Origin: Candidatus Omnitrophota bacterium
Lineage (GTDB): Bacteria > Omnitrophota > Gorgyraeia > Gygaellales > Profunditerraquicolaceae
Assembly: GCA_041653955.1 (NCBI GenBank)
Contig: JBAZEH010000003.1
Location: 6,558-70,557, forward strand
Reading direction: 5' to 3'
DNA length: 64,000 nucleotides
Part shown: positions 38,446 to 48,264 of the stretch, one piece after another
Layout: every line of letters begins with the position of its first letter
Position numbering within the stretch: position 1 is the first letter of the stretch
Program-made: the position numbers and the translations under genes
The notes under the pieces: generated by a model
Database searches by the model: none
Seen by the model: only the letters and a program-made list of their open reading frames with translations
Told to the model about the DNA's origin: nothing

Positions 38446-39213
38446 ATGTCACTGCATAAAACCGAAGTATTAGTATTGAACAAATGGGATTTTCGCGAGA
38501 CTTCCGCTATTGTCAGCCTTTACAGCCGCGATTTCGGAAAGATGAGCGGACTCCTTAAAGGCATAAGAAAGGAACCCGGCAAATTTGCCAGTACCGTAGA
38601 GCCCTTTTCGCATAACGAAGTGGTATTTTATAAGAAAACCAACTCTTCCCTGCATCTTGTTTCACAGTGCGATATAAAGGATAACTTTTCTTCTTTAAGG
38701 CGGGATATATCCAGGATAGGCGTGGCCAGCTTTATGATGGAGCTTGTAGATGCGGTTATGGCGCAGGAAGACGCGAATGCAGATGTTTTTGACCTGGCGC
38801 TGACCTGCCTTAAAGAACTTGAGGTGAACCCCAACCCCGAGAAGATCATGACCATATTCAAGATAAAGATGCTTGCCTTCTCCGGTTTTAAGCCGCACTT
38901 TGATTCCTGCGTATCATGCGGGGAAAGGATAATCGGCCACTCCAAATTCAGCTTTATGCTCGGAGGCCTCCTTTGCGAAAGGTGTTATTCCAAGGATACC
39001 AAGTCGCGCGCGATCTTCCGGGGCACGGTCGCCTCAATATTGCACATAGAAAAGAACGATTTCAGGAACAACCTTAACCTGGGGATGAACCCGCAGATAA
39101 AAAAAGAATTAAATACCATACTCAACGCCTTTCTGACATTCCACCTGGAGAAAGAGCTTAAATCGCAGAAGGTATTGAATAGAATGGATAACTTTGCACC
39201 CGCGTTAAAATAG
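38446..39213 (+). CDS. recO: DNA repair protein RecO
   Basis: N-terminal OB fold, C-terminal CxxC...CxxC zinc finger (CVSCGERI...CERCY). Confidence 0.8.
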   Translation: MSLHKTEVLVLNKWDFRETSAIVSLYSRDFGKMSGLLKGIRKEPGKFASTVEPFSHNEVVFYKKTNSSLHLVSQCDIKDNFSSLRRDISRIGVASFMMELVDAVMAQEDANADVFDLALTCLKELEVNPNPEKIMTIFKIKMLAFSGFKPHFDSCVSCGERIIGHSKFSFMLGGLLCERCYSKDTKSRAIFRGTVASILHIEKNDFRNNLNLGMNPQIKKELNTILNAFLTFHLEKELKSQKVLNRMDNFAPALK

Positions 39214-39218
39214 GAGGC

Positions 39219-40148
39219 ATGATGAAAATAGTTATAATCGGCCCCGGAGCGGTAGGCAGTTTGTTCGCCGCCTTTTTATCTAAGCTAAAGGAAGAGGTGT
39301 GGCTTTTAGATAAGAATAAGGAGCGCGCCAGGCGCATACAAGATGGGGGGGTATCGGTTGAAGGCCTCAGCGGCAATTGGCTTTCTCCCGTGAAGGCGAC
39401 TGCCGACGCCAAAGATATAGGCGAGGCTGACCTGGCGGTGGTCTGTGTCAAGTCTTACGACACTAAAGAGGCTATGCTGCACGCCAGGCCCGTCATAGGG
39501 GATAACACCAGGATACTTACCATACAGAACGGTATAGGAAATATAGAGATATTGAACGAGATAGCCGGCAGCGATAAAGTTATCGGGGGGTCCACGAACC
39601 TCGGGGCTACATTGTTGGATACAGGAAAAGTAAGGCATGCCGGGCGGGGGGAGACTGTTATCGGGCGTATGGACGGCAAGATACCGGTTGAAATGCGTTC
39701 TATCCGCGAGTTGTTCAACAAGGCGCGCATAGAAACGAGGATATCGCGCGATATCAAGGGCCTCTTATGGTCCAAGCTGGTTATTAACGTGGGGATAAAC
39801 GCCCTTACCGCCATTACGCGGTTGAATAACGGAAGGCTGACGGAATTTGAGGGTACGCGCAGGATATTGCGCGGCGCCGTCACAGAAGCTATCCGCGTTG
39901 CCAAAAGAAAACGCATAAAGCTTATCCATGACGACCCTTTGGCAAAAGTCGAAGCGGTATGCGAGGCAACGGCGGCTAATATCTCCAGCATGCTGCAGGA
40001 TATAATGCGCAAGAAGCGCACCGAGATAGATTTTATTAATGGCGTGATCGTGAGGCAGGGCCAGGAGCTCGGTATCCCGGTGCCAACTAACGCCCTGCTC
40101 GTTGACCTGGTAAAGACGATTGAAACTAGTTACGATTTAGCAGTATAA
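39219..40148 (+). CDS. panE: 2-dehydropantoate 2-reductase
   Basis: MKIVIIGPGAVGSLFAAFL Rossmann N-terminus, ApbA fold with conserved K and E. Confidence 0.8.
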   Translation: MMKIVIIGPGAVGSLFAAFLSKLKEEVWLLDKNKERARRIQDGGVSVEGLSGNWLSPVKATADAKDIGEADLAVVCVKSYDTKEAMLHARPVIGDNTRILTIQNGIGNIEILNEIAGSDKVIGGSTNLGATLLDTGKVRHAGRGETVIGRMDGKIPVEMRSIRELFNKARIETRISRDIKGLLWSKLVINVGINALTAITRLNNGRLTEFEGTRRILRGAVTEAIRVAKRKRIKLIHDDPLAKVEAVCEATAANISSMLQDIMRKKRTEIDFINGVIVRQGQELGIPVPTNALLVDLVKTIETSYDLAV

Positions 40149-40199
40149 TTTTAATGTCAAAATCCATAATGGTAATTATCATCTAGGGGGGGCAGGGTA

Positions 40200-40694
40200 A
40201 TGGCGAATTTTTCTTTTGATATAGTTTCCGAAGTTGACCTGCAAGAAGTGGATAACGCCGTAAACCAGGCGGGTAAAGAGCTTTCTCAAAGGTATGATTT
40301 CAAGAACAGTAAATCATCCATTGCTTATGACAAGAAAGAGCAAAAGCTTACCTTGGTCGCGGATGACGATTTTAAGCTGCGCGCCTTGACCGATATTCTG
40401 GCTATCCGTTTAGCCAAAAGAGGCATATCTTTGAAATCCCTTAAGTTCAATGAGCCGGAAAAGGCGTTCCAGGGGTACCTGCGCCAATCAGTAGAAATAT
40501 GCATGGGTATTGACAAGGAAAAGGCCAAAGAGCTTACAGGTATTATAAAGGGCCTGGGCCTGAAAGTCCAGGCGCAGATCGAAGGGGAGAAAATAAAGGT
40601 GAGCTCCGCGAAGAAGGATGAACTGCAGGAGGTCATCGCTCATTTAAGAGGCTTGAATTTCTCCATACCGCTTAGTTTCTGTAATTACCGTTAA
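40200..40694 (+). CDS. yajQ: YajQ family nucleotide-binding protein (UPF0234)
   Basis: FSFDIVSEVDLQEVDNAVNQA... two-repeat YajQ fold. Confidence 0.8.
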   Translation: MANFSFDIVSEVDLQEVDNAVNQAGKELSQRYDFKNSKSSIAYDKKEQKLTLVADDDFKLRALTDILAIRLAKRGISLKSLKFNEPEKAFQGYLRQSVEICMGIDKEKAKELTGIIKGLGLKVQAQIEGEKIKVSSAKKDELQEVIAHLRGLNFSIPLSFCNYR

Positions 40695-40703
40695 AGGGAG
40701 GGC

Positions 40704-41186
40704 ATGATGGGAAAAAAGAGGTCTAAGGGGGTAACGATATTCGCCTGGTTGATGATAATTACTAATGCTTATGCCTTGCTATCTTCTTTTAAATTCAAGG
40801 CTAATTTTTTTGATGTTTACAGGTCTCTACCTGTTGCTTTTAATGTGACCCTGATCGCGTATTCTATCATTTCCGCGGCTATAGCTGTTATCGCGGGAAC
40901 CGGGATATTAAAACTAAAAGAAAAGATGAGGGTGCTTGGCGTAGCCATAAACGCGATAGACCTGTTTTTCGGATTAGCCGTACTTTCGGTCACGCTTAAC
41001 GATATAAGGGAGTATACTTATTCTATTGCCGCTTCCGTATCCGCGACAGACCCTTCAATACCGGTTTACGCTTTAGCCAGCGCGAGTTTTTACGCGACGG
41101 TCCTGTTAATGTTGTTCGCGTACGGATTTAACCTCCTGCTTATTTTCTTTTTCACGCGCCCCAAAGTAAAAGAGCAATTCAAATAA
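40704..41186 (+). CDS. hypothetical integral membrane protein
   Basis: Four predicted TM helices, no recognisable domain. Confidence 0.5.
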   Translation: MMGKKRSKGVTIFAWLMIITNAYALLSSFKFKANFFDVYRSLPVAFNVTLIAYSIISAAIAVIAGTGILKLKEKMRVLGVAINAIDLFFGLAVLSVTLNDIREYTYSIAASVSATDPSIPVYALASASFYATVLLMLFAYGFNLLLIFFFTRPKVKEQFK

Positions 41187-41187
41187 T

Positions 41188-42009
41188 ATGAAGAAGTACG
41201 TTTTAGTATTATTTATAGTGGCCGCGGTATCGCTCTTGTTTCTGTTTTTCCGAGGCATAACCTGTCCGTTGAGCAGGCCCGCGGTACAGGCGCCCCGTGG
41301 CATGGATATCAAGGCATCAGAGTCCGAGATGCTGCGGTATCTCAAGGAGAGAAATGACCTGCTTGCCGCGCAGAAGGCCGAAGTGGTGTTATCCGTACAG
41401 CCCGGTAATATTTGTGCTTTGTGGGCAAAGGCGGAGATATACAGGCGCGCGTATGACTTTAATGAATCCAAAAAGATATTGAACCGCATCCTGGCGGCCT
41501 CTCCGGGATATCCGCCTGCCCTGATCACCCTGGCTTATATTGATTACCATGATAACAGGTTCCGCGAAGCGTTATCTTTATTGAAACAGGCGTTGAACTC
41601 TGCGCAGCTTGGCAGGGAAGATAAGGCGATCGCCTATATGCTGATAGGCAGCGTCAACGCGAAAAGGGCAAAACAGGGAGGGTTGTTTAACAAGATTGCT
41701 TACGGCACCAGGATACTGGGGTATTTTGAAAAAGCGAGGGCTTTCGCGCCCGGACTTGCTGAAGTGCGTTTAGGGTTAGGCTCATTTTATCTTTTGGCCC
41801 CGCGTATAGCGGGCGGGAATATTGACCTGGCCATCGAAGAGTTGAAACGCGCGGTTGATCTGGCCCCTGATTTTGCGACGGCTAACGCGAGGCTCGCGCA
41901 GGCATACAGGGAAAAAGGGGATATGGATAAATATAACTTCTATATCTCCAGGGCAAAAAAACTGGACCCTGCCAATGAAGTAGTAGTGGAACTTGAGGGC
42001 AGGATATGA
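41188..42009 (+). CDS. secreted/anchored TPR-repeat protein
   Basis: N-terminal signal/anchor, tandem TPR-like helices. Confidence 0.6.
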   Translation: MKKYVLVLFIVAAVSLLFLFFRGITCPLSRPAVQAPRGMDIKASESEMLRYLKERNDLLAAQKAEVVLSVQPGNICALWAKAEIYRRAYDFNESKKILNRILAASPGYPPALITLAYIDYHDNRFREALSLLKQALNSAQLGREDKAIAYMLIGSVNAKRAKQGGLFNKIAYGTRILGYFEKARAFAPGLAEVRLGLGSFYLLAPRIAGGNIDLAIEELKRAVDLAPDFATANARLAQAYREKGDMDKYNFYISRAKKLDPANEVVVELEGRI

Positions 42010-43715
42010 AGAATTCAGAGATCAGCGCGATATTCCGCGAGATCGTCAGGATACTGGAGATAAAGGGGGCTAATCTGTTCAGGATACGCGCGTATGAAAG
42101 GGCGGCGCAGAATATAGAGGGGTTGACAGTAGATATAGAAGAGATTATCAGGAGGGGGGAGCTTGACGATATACCGGGTATAGGCAATGACCTGTCCGCG
42201 AAGATAAAAGAATTTGTGAAGACCGGCAGGATAAAAATGCATGAACGCCTGAAAAAAAGTATCCCCAAAGGCCTCCTGGATATATTGAATATACCTTCAG
42301 TAGGCCCTAAGACGGTGAAATTATTATATGAAGAGCTGAAGATAAAGGGGATCCCGGATTTAGAGCGTGCCATAAAAAAGAATAAACTTACGGGGATACC
42401 CGGGATAAAAGAAAAGACCGTCGAGAATATTGAAAAGGGGATAGCGCTGTTAAAGAGGGGCAGGGAACGGATGACCCTTGCGCAGGCTATTAGCGTAGCG
42501 GATGAGTTCGCGGGTGCCTTAAAAAAACTGCCGGAAGTAAAGAAGATCGCTGTTGCCGGGAGCCTGCGGCGCCGCAAAGAGACAGTGCGCGATATAGATT
42601 TGCTTATGATCTCAAATAAGCCCAAAAGGGTGATGGGTTATTTCACTGGCCTGCCTGCCGTGGTTTCTGTGCTGGCGAAGGGGCAGACTAAATCTTCCGT
42701 GCGAACAAAGGATGATGTGCAGGTTGATTGCCGCGTTGAAAGCGAAAAGTCTTTTGGGGCCGCGCTGCTCTATTTCACCGGTTCCAGGGATTTCAACATA
42801 AAACTCAGGCGGATGGCTGCAAGCAGGGGGCTAAAGATAAATGAATATGGAGTATTCAGGAAAAATAAGTTTATATGCGGCAGGAGCGAAGATGAGATAT
42901 TCAAGGCCCTTGGGCTTTCTTATATTGAGCCGGAATTAAGGGAGGACACCGGAGAGATAGAGCTGGCAATGAGCTCCGGACTGCCGCGTCTTATAGAAGC
43001 CGCGGATATAAAAGGGGACCTCCATGTCCATTCAGACTATTCCGACGGTATCAATACAATAGAAGAGATGGCTGAAGCGGCAAAGAAAAGAGGTTACTCC
43101 TATATAGCTATCACCGACCATTCCCAGAGCCTTAAGGTGGCAGGGGGTTTGGATACTGCCGGATTAAAGAAGAAAAGGCGCCAAATAGATAAAGTGAACG
43201 GCAGGCTAAAGGGTATCAGGGTCCTTTATGGGACCGAAGTGGATATAGATTCCGAAGGCCGCCTGGATTATAAAGATGGCACGCTCAAGGAGTTTGACCT
43301 GGTAGTAGCCGCGGTCCATACCGGCTTTAAACAATCCAGGGCGCAGCTCACCCGCAGGCTGGTAAAGGCGTGCCGCAGTAAATACGCGCATATTATCGCG
43401 CATCCGACCGGAAGGCTTTGGGGGGTGCGGGACCCATATGAATTGGATATGGATGAAGTTTTAAGGGCAGCCAGAGATACCAATACGCGCCTTGAAATAA
43501 ATTCCTTCCCTAACCGTCTTGACCTGAATGACCTTAACTGCCGCCGCGCAAAGGAGTCAGGCGTAGGCGTGGCAATAAACACCGACTCACACGCGTGTGA
43601 ACAATTGGATTTTATCGGGTTAGGGGTATCGGTAGCCAGGCGCGGGTGGCTTACCCGCGAGAATGTGATAAATACCTTACCGCTGGAAGAGCTTTTAAAA
43701 GCGATAAAAAAATAA
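42006..43715 (+). CDS. polX: DNA polymerase X family protein with C-terminal PHP phosphoesterase domain
   Basis: N-terminal Pol beta-like HhH and nucleotidyltransferase (GSLRRRKETVRDIDLL), C-terminal PHP (HVHSDYSDG). Confidence 0.85.
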   Translation: MKNSEISAIFREIVRILEIKGANLFRIRAYERAAQNIEGLTVDIEEIIRRGELDDIPGIGNDLSAKIKEFVKTGRIKMHERLKKSIPKGLLDILNIPSVGPKTVKLLYEELKIKGIPDLERAIKKNKLTGIPGIKEKTVENIEKGIALLKRGRERMTLAQAISVADEFAGALKKLPEVKKIAVAGSLRRRKETVRDIDLLMISNKPKRVMGYFTGLPAVVSVLAKGQTKSSVRTKDDVQVDCRVESEKSFGAALLYFTGSRDFNIKLRRMAASRGLKINEYGVFRKNKFICGRSEDEIFKALGLSYIEPELREDTGEIELAMSSGLPRLIEAADIKGDLHVHSDYSDGINTIEEMAEAAKKRGYSYIAITDHSQSLKVAGGLDTAGLKKKRRQIDKVNGRLKGIRVLYGTEVDIDSEGRLDYKDGTLKEFDLVVAAVHTGFKQSRAQLTRRLVKACRSKYAHIIAHPTGRLWGVRDPYELDMDEVLRAARDTNTRLEINSFPNRLDLNDLNCRRAKESGVGVAINTDSHACEQLDFIGLGVSVARRGWLTRENVINTLPLEELLKAIKK

Positions 43716-43716
43716 T

Positions 43717-44652
43717 ATGTTGTTAAACGCTATCCGCATATGCTGTATTCTGGCCATTGTTCCATTGTGCGGCTGCCGGGATAAGGTTTTTTACAGCGAT
43801 AAACGGGCGATGATGGGGACATTTGTCGAGGTCGCCTGCTCCGACAGGGAGGCGCTGGATATTGTTTTTACTGAAATCGGGCGCATTGAAGGGCTTTTAA
43901 GCAAATATAAAGAGGATAGCGAGATATTTATCCTTAACAGCTCGGGAGAAATAAAGGCGAGCAGCGATACTTTTTATATTTTACAGAAGGCCAGGGAATT
44001 TTGGGAGGAAAGCGGTAAGGCATTTGATATTACTGTCGGCCCGTTGATGGATATCTGGGGCTTTACGGATAAGGAGTATCGTATCCCCGCGGAAGAAGAG
44101 ATAGCGCAGGCATTGGCGCTGGCAGGTTCCGATAAAATTATTTTTAATCCTGATGGTAATGTGGTAAAATTAAAAGTTCCCGGCATGAAGATAGACCTGG
44201 GGGCGATTGCCAAAGGCTATGCCGTTGATCGCGCGGTAGAAAAATTAAGAGAACACCGGATAAGCAATTGCCTTATAAATTTAGGCGGACAGGTTTATTG
44301 TATGGGGGATAAGTCCGGCAGGCCATGGAGCGTGGGGGTAAGAGACCCGAGGGGAAACGGTTTTATCAATCAGGTATCTTTAAGAGACCAATCTATCGCC
44401 ACATCGGGAGATTACGAGCAGTATTTCATTAAGGAGGATAGGCGGTATCCCCATATATTAGATCCCAGGACAGGGTATCCCGCGGATTCGGGGATAGTTG
44501 CGGTAACGGTCATCTCTCCCTCCGGGTTGTTGACGGACTCCCTGGCTACGGCGATCTTCGTATTAGGTAAAGAAAAGGGTATGGAGCTGTTAAAGAAGTT
44601 CCCGCAGGCAGAGGCGCGGATAATAGAAAAGAAAGATGTTCGGTATAATTAA
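43717..44652 (+). CDS. apbE: FAD:protein FMN transferase (ApbE family) lipoprotein
   Basis: Lipobox LCGC; ApbE motifs GAIAKGYAVD, GGDxxY. Confidence 0.8.
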   Translation: MLLNAIRICCILAIVPLCGCRDKVFYSDKRAMMGTFVEVACSDREALDIVFTEIGRIEGLLSKYKEDSEIFILNSSGEIKASSDTFYILQKAREFWEESGKAFDITVGPLMDIWGFTDKEYRIPAEEEIAQALALAGSDKIIFNPDGNVVKLKVPGMKIDLGAIAKGYAVDRAVEKLREHRISNCLINLGGQVYCMGDKSGRPWSVGVRDPRGNGFINQVSLRDQSIATSGDYEQYFIKEDRRYPHILDPRTGYPADSGIVAVTVISPSGLLTDSLATAIFVLGKEKGMELLKKFPQAEARIIEKKDVRYN

Positions 44653-45475
44653 TAAAAAAGAGCTGGCTAAAGATGTAACGCAGTTCACCCTGGATGCCCC
44701 GCAGATAGCAAAAAAAGCCAGGGCAGGCCAATTTGTCAGTGTGGTCATTGATGAGGCAGGAGAGCGGATACCTTTGACCCTGGCTGACTGGGACGCGGAT
44801 AAAGGCACGATCACCATAATATTCCAGAAGGTGGGATTCACCACAAAGAGATTAGGCGCCCTTAATGAAGGGGATTTTCTGCAGCATATAGTTGGGCCAT
44901 TAGGCCATCCTACGGAAGTAATAAGATCCGGCACGGTGGTTTGTATCGGGGGCGGGGTAGGCATAGCTGAGGTATACCCGGTTTCCCGCGCTTTTAAGGA
45001 GGCGGGTAACAGGGTTTTAGGGATAATCGGGGCGCGTTGCGGGGCGCTCTTGATCCTGGAAGATAAGATGAGGGAGGTTTGCGACGAGCTCTTTATTACT
45101 ACCGATGACGGTTCTTCCGGCCGCAAAGGTTTTGTTACCGACAGTTTAAGTGAACTATTAACGGTAGTTGAGAGGTCTACCCATACCAGATACCCGGACC
45201 TTGTATATTGCATAGGGCCCGTCCCCATGATGCAGGCGGTATCCAGGATGACAAAGGAGTATAATATAAAAACGATCGTCAGTTTAAACCCGATAATGGT
45301 GGACGCTACAGGCATGTGCGGCTCATGCCGTTGCACGGTATCCGGTAAGACCGTATTCGGATGTGTTGACGGACCGGATTTCGACGGCCACGCCGTTGAT
45401 TTTGAGGAATTGAAGAAAAGGCTGGGATTATTCAGGGATCAGGAGAGAAAAGCTGATGGTAAATGCGGTTCGTAA
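44636..45475 (+). CDS. nfnA: NfnA/SudB-type ferredoxin-NADP+ reductase subunit (FAD/NAD-binding, [2Fe-2S])
   Basis: PyrK-like FNR fold, C-terminal MCGSCRC...CVDGPDF cluster motif. Confidence 0.8.
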   Translation: MFGIINKKELAKDVTQFTLDAPQIAKKARAGQFVSVVIDEAGERIPLTLADWDADKGTITIIFQKVGFTTKRLGALNEGDFLQHIVGPLGHPTEVIRSGTVVCIGGGVGIAEVYPVSRAFKEAGNRVLGIIGARCGALLILEDKMREVCDELFITTDDGSSGRKGFVTDSLSELLTVVERSTHTRYPDLVYCIGPVPMMQAVSRMTKEYNIKTIVSLNPIMVDATGMCGSCRCTVSGKTVFGCVDGPDFDGHAVDFEELKKRLGLFRDQERKADGKCGS

Positions 45476-46856
45476 AAAGATAATCACGGTCGCCTTGTTC
45501 CTGCCTGAAATAAGGGAGCTGATCAAGAATAAGGATTTTAACGGCCTGAAAGCCATAATAAAGAACCTTAATTCCGTGGACCTGGCGCACGGATGGAGGC
45601 TCCTTGAGCCGCAGGAGAAGATAATTGTCTTTAAGATCCTGAGCACCAAGAAGTCGGTAGAGGTATTTGAGAACCTTAATATCTCCGAACAGACATATAT
45701 AATGAATAACCTGGATAACGTGGAGGTCTCCCAGGTCATAAATGAGATGGCCCCTGATGAACGGGCCGATCTTTTTAAGGAACTTCCAGGCAAGGTCTCT
45801 AAAAAACTATTCAACCTTATAAACAAAGAGGAGGCGCAGGATTTAAGGGAACTGATGGTCTATGAAGAGGGCACGGCAGGGAGTTTGATGACTACCGAGC
45901 TTGTGGAACTTAGGAAAGATATGAGCGCCCGGCAGGCAATACTGACTATCCAGGGGACCCTGCGCGCCGAATACAGGGAGAATATATATTCGGTTTTCGT
46001 CACAGACGAGAGCCATAAGCTGATAGGCAGCATATCGCTGCAGGAGCTCTTAAAGTCCCCTCCGGATATATTGATCAAAGATATTATGGAGAGTACCGAG
46101 TATACCAAGATAGATTCCCAGACCGATATAAGTGAAGTTGCCAACCGATTCAAGAAATATGACCTGCTGGATGCCCCGATAGTTAATAAGGATAATACCC
46201 TGCTTGGCATAATCACCGTAGACGATATCGTTGAGACCATAGAAAAGGAAACGACCAAGGATATATACGAGATCGGTAAGATGGACGCCAAGGGCGGCGA
46301 GATAATCAGCTATAGCCGGGCGAATATAGGGGATTTGATAAAGAGGCGCGCCGGCTGGCTCATACTCCTTCTTGTATTTGATTTTTTGACCGGGACCGTG
46401 TTGAAGAGCTTTGAGCATACATTAAGCACGGTAGTGGCCCTCGCGTTTTTTATACCCATGCTTCTGGATACAGGGGGTAATGCCGGGGCCCAGACCTCTA
46501 TTACTATTATTAGGGGGCTGGCAACGGGAGATGTTAATTTTAAGAATATGTTCAAGGTGATCAAGCTTGAGCTGTCAACCGCCGTTGTAATGGGGTTGAT
46601 CATCGGCGGTGTCGCTTTCGGCAGGGCGTTCCTGCTGCAAAAGGATTTCTTCCTTGCCATAGTAGTAGGTATAAGCATGATCGCGATAGCTATACTGGCA
46701 ATAAGCACAGGCGTATTCCTGCCCCTGTTTTCCAAAAAAGTAGGGCTTGACCCGGCGGTTTTGGCAGGCCCCATTACCACCAGCGTGGTTGATGTTATAG
46801 GGCTTATTATATATTTTAAGATCGCCCAAGTATTCATCCCGGCGCTAAGATTCTAA
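45456..46856 (+). CDS. mgtE: magnesium transporter MgtE
   Basis: N-domain, tandem CBS, five-TM C-terminal domain. Confidence 0.9.
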   Translation: MVNAVRKKIITVALFLPEIRELIKNKDFNGLKAIIKNLNSVDLAHGWRLLEPQEKIIVFKILSTKKSVEVFENLNISEQTYIMNNLDNVEVSQVINEMAPDERADLFKELPGKVSKKLFNLINKEEAQDLRELMVYEEGTAGSLMTTELVELRKDMSARQAILTIQGTLRAEYRENIYSVFVTDESHKLIGSISLQELLKSPPDILIKDIMESTEYTKIDSQTDISEVANRFKKYDLLDAPIVNKDNTLLGIITVDDIVETIEKETTKDIYEIGKMDAKGGEIISYSRANIGDLIKRRAGWLILLLVFDFLTGTVLKSFEHTLSTVVALAFFIPMLLDTGGNAGAQTSITIIRGLATGDVNFKNMFKVIKLELSTAVVMGLIIGGVAFGRAFLLQKDFFLAIVVGISMIAIAILAISTGVFLPLFSKKVGLDPAVLAGPITTSVVDVIGLIIYFKIAQVFIPALRF

Positions 46857-46881
46857 ACGAAGTGCCCCCTAAAGGATAAAG

Positions 46882-48264
46882 ATGAGAAATAAGGTCCCGC
46901 AACAATCAGCGAAGGAACGCGTAAAGAATTTTTTTGAAGTTGCGCTCGGGTTATCCGGGGAACAGGCAAAAGCTGAAGCCGGCCGTTGCCTGCAGTGTAA
47001 AAATCCCCCTTGCGTAAAAGGGTGCCCCGTAGGCATAGATATCCCCGCGTTCATTAAATTAATAAAGGAAGGAAAAAGAAAAGAGGCGTTAGAAAAGATC
47101 AAGGAAAAAAATAATCTACCGGCTATATGCGGCCGCGTCTGCCCGCAGGAGGAGCAGTGCGAGGCAGCTTGCGTGTTGAATAAAAAGAAGGTACCGATAA
47201 ATATAGGCGCCCTTGAAAGGTACGCGGCGGATTATGAATTAACAGGATCCGCGCAGAAACCATCCATTAAGCATTCTTCTGCGGGAGCTGACAAAGCCGC
47301 GGTGGTAGGTTCGGGGCCCGCAGGGCTGACCTGTGCCGCGGACCTTGCCAGGATGGGTTATGATGTTACGCTCTTTGAGTCTTTGCATTTAGCGGGCGGA
47401 GTGCTTATGTATGGGATACCTGAATTCCGCCTCCCAAAAAAGATCGTCCAGGGGGAAGTGGATTATATAAAAAACCTGGGCGTAAAGGTCAACACCGATA
47501 CCCTTATCGGCAATACTTTCAGTATACGCGATCTGTTTGAGGGGGGGTTTAGGGCAATATTTGTCGCTACCGGCGCGGGCTTACCCCAGTTCCTGGGTAT
47601 ACCGGGAGAGAATCTTGGCCGCGTTTATTCGGCAAATGAATTCCTGACGCGCGTAAATCTTATGAAATCGTATAAATTCCCTGAATATGCCACTCCGGTC
47701 AATATCGGGGATAAGGTAGCGGTTATAGGAGGAGGGAATGTGGCTTTTGACTGCGCCAGGGTAGCGCTTCGGCTCGGAAGACAGGTTACCCTGGTTTACC
47801 GCCGCACCGAAAATGAGATGCCGGCGAGGAGAGAAGAGGTCGAGAACGCCAAGGATGAAGGGGTGCCTTTTAAAGTTTTAACCCAGCCTGTCAGGATAAT
47901 AGATGACGGCAAGGGGTTTGTCGGCGGACTGGAATGCCTGCAGATGGAATTAGGCGAACCTGATGAATCCGGCAGAAGAAGGCCCGTGCCTGTAAAAGAT
48001 TCTAATTTCGTCCTGGATGTGGATACGGTCATAGTAGCTATAGGGCAAAACCCCAATCCATTATTGCCTAAAGTAACTCCTGAACTTAAGCTGAATAAAA
48101 AGGGCACGATCCGTGTAGATGAAGATTTTATGACATCCATACCGGGGGTATTTGCCGGGGGAGATATCATTACCGGAGCTGATACCGTGATTTCGGCGAT
48201 GGGGGCGGGCAAGAAGGCCGCCAAAGCGATAGACGCGTATATATGCAAGACAAAAAATACCTGA
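46882..48264 (+). CDS. nfnB: NfnB/SudA-type NADPH-dependent glutamate-synthase-small-chain-like oxidoreductase
   Basis: Two [4Fe-4S] Cys motifs (CLQCKNPPCVKGCP, CGRVCPQEEQCEAAC) then FAD/NAD(P) Rossmann domains (VVGSGPAGL, VIGGGNVAFD). Confidence 0.85.
   Translation: MRNKVPQQSAKERVKNFFEVALGLSGEQAKAEAGRCLQCKNPPCVKGCPVGIDIPAFIKLIKEGKRKEALEKIKEKNNLPAICGRVCPQEEQCEAACVLNKKKVPINIGALERYAADYELTGSAQKPSIKHSSAGADKAAVVGSGPAGLTCAADLARMGYDVTLFESLHLAGGVLMYGIPEFRLPKKIVQGEVDYIKNLGVKVNTDTLIGNTFSIRDLFEGGFRAIFVATGAGLPQFLGIPGENLGRVYSANEFLTRVNLMKSYKFPEYATPVNIGDKVAVIGGGNVAFDCARVALRLGRQVTLVYRRTENEMPARREEVENAKDEGVPFKVLTQPVRIIDDGKGFVGGLECLQMELGEPDESGRRRPVPVKDSNFVLDVDTVIVAIGQNPNPLLPKVTPELKLNKKGTIRVDEDFMTSIPGVFAGGDIITGADTVISAMGAGKKAAKAIDAYICKTKNT

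Noticed and set aside
44590-45336. 248-aa minus-strand ORF inside nfnA
   Set aside because: Antisense shadow ORF; the + strand gene has clear Fe-S and FNR motifs.
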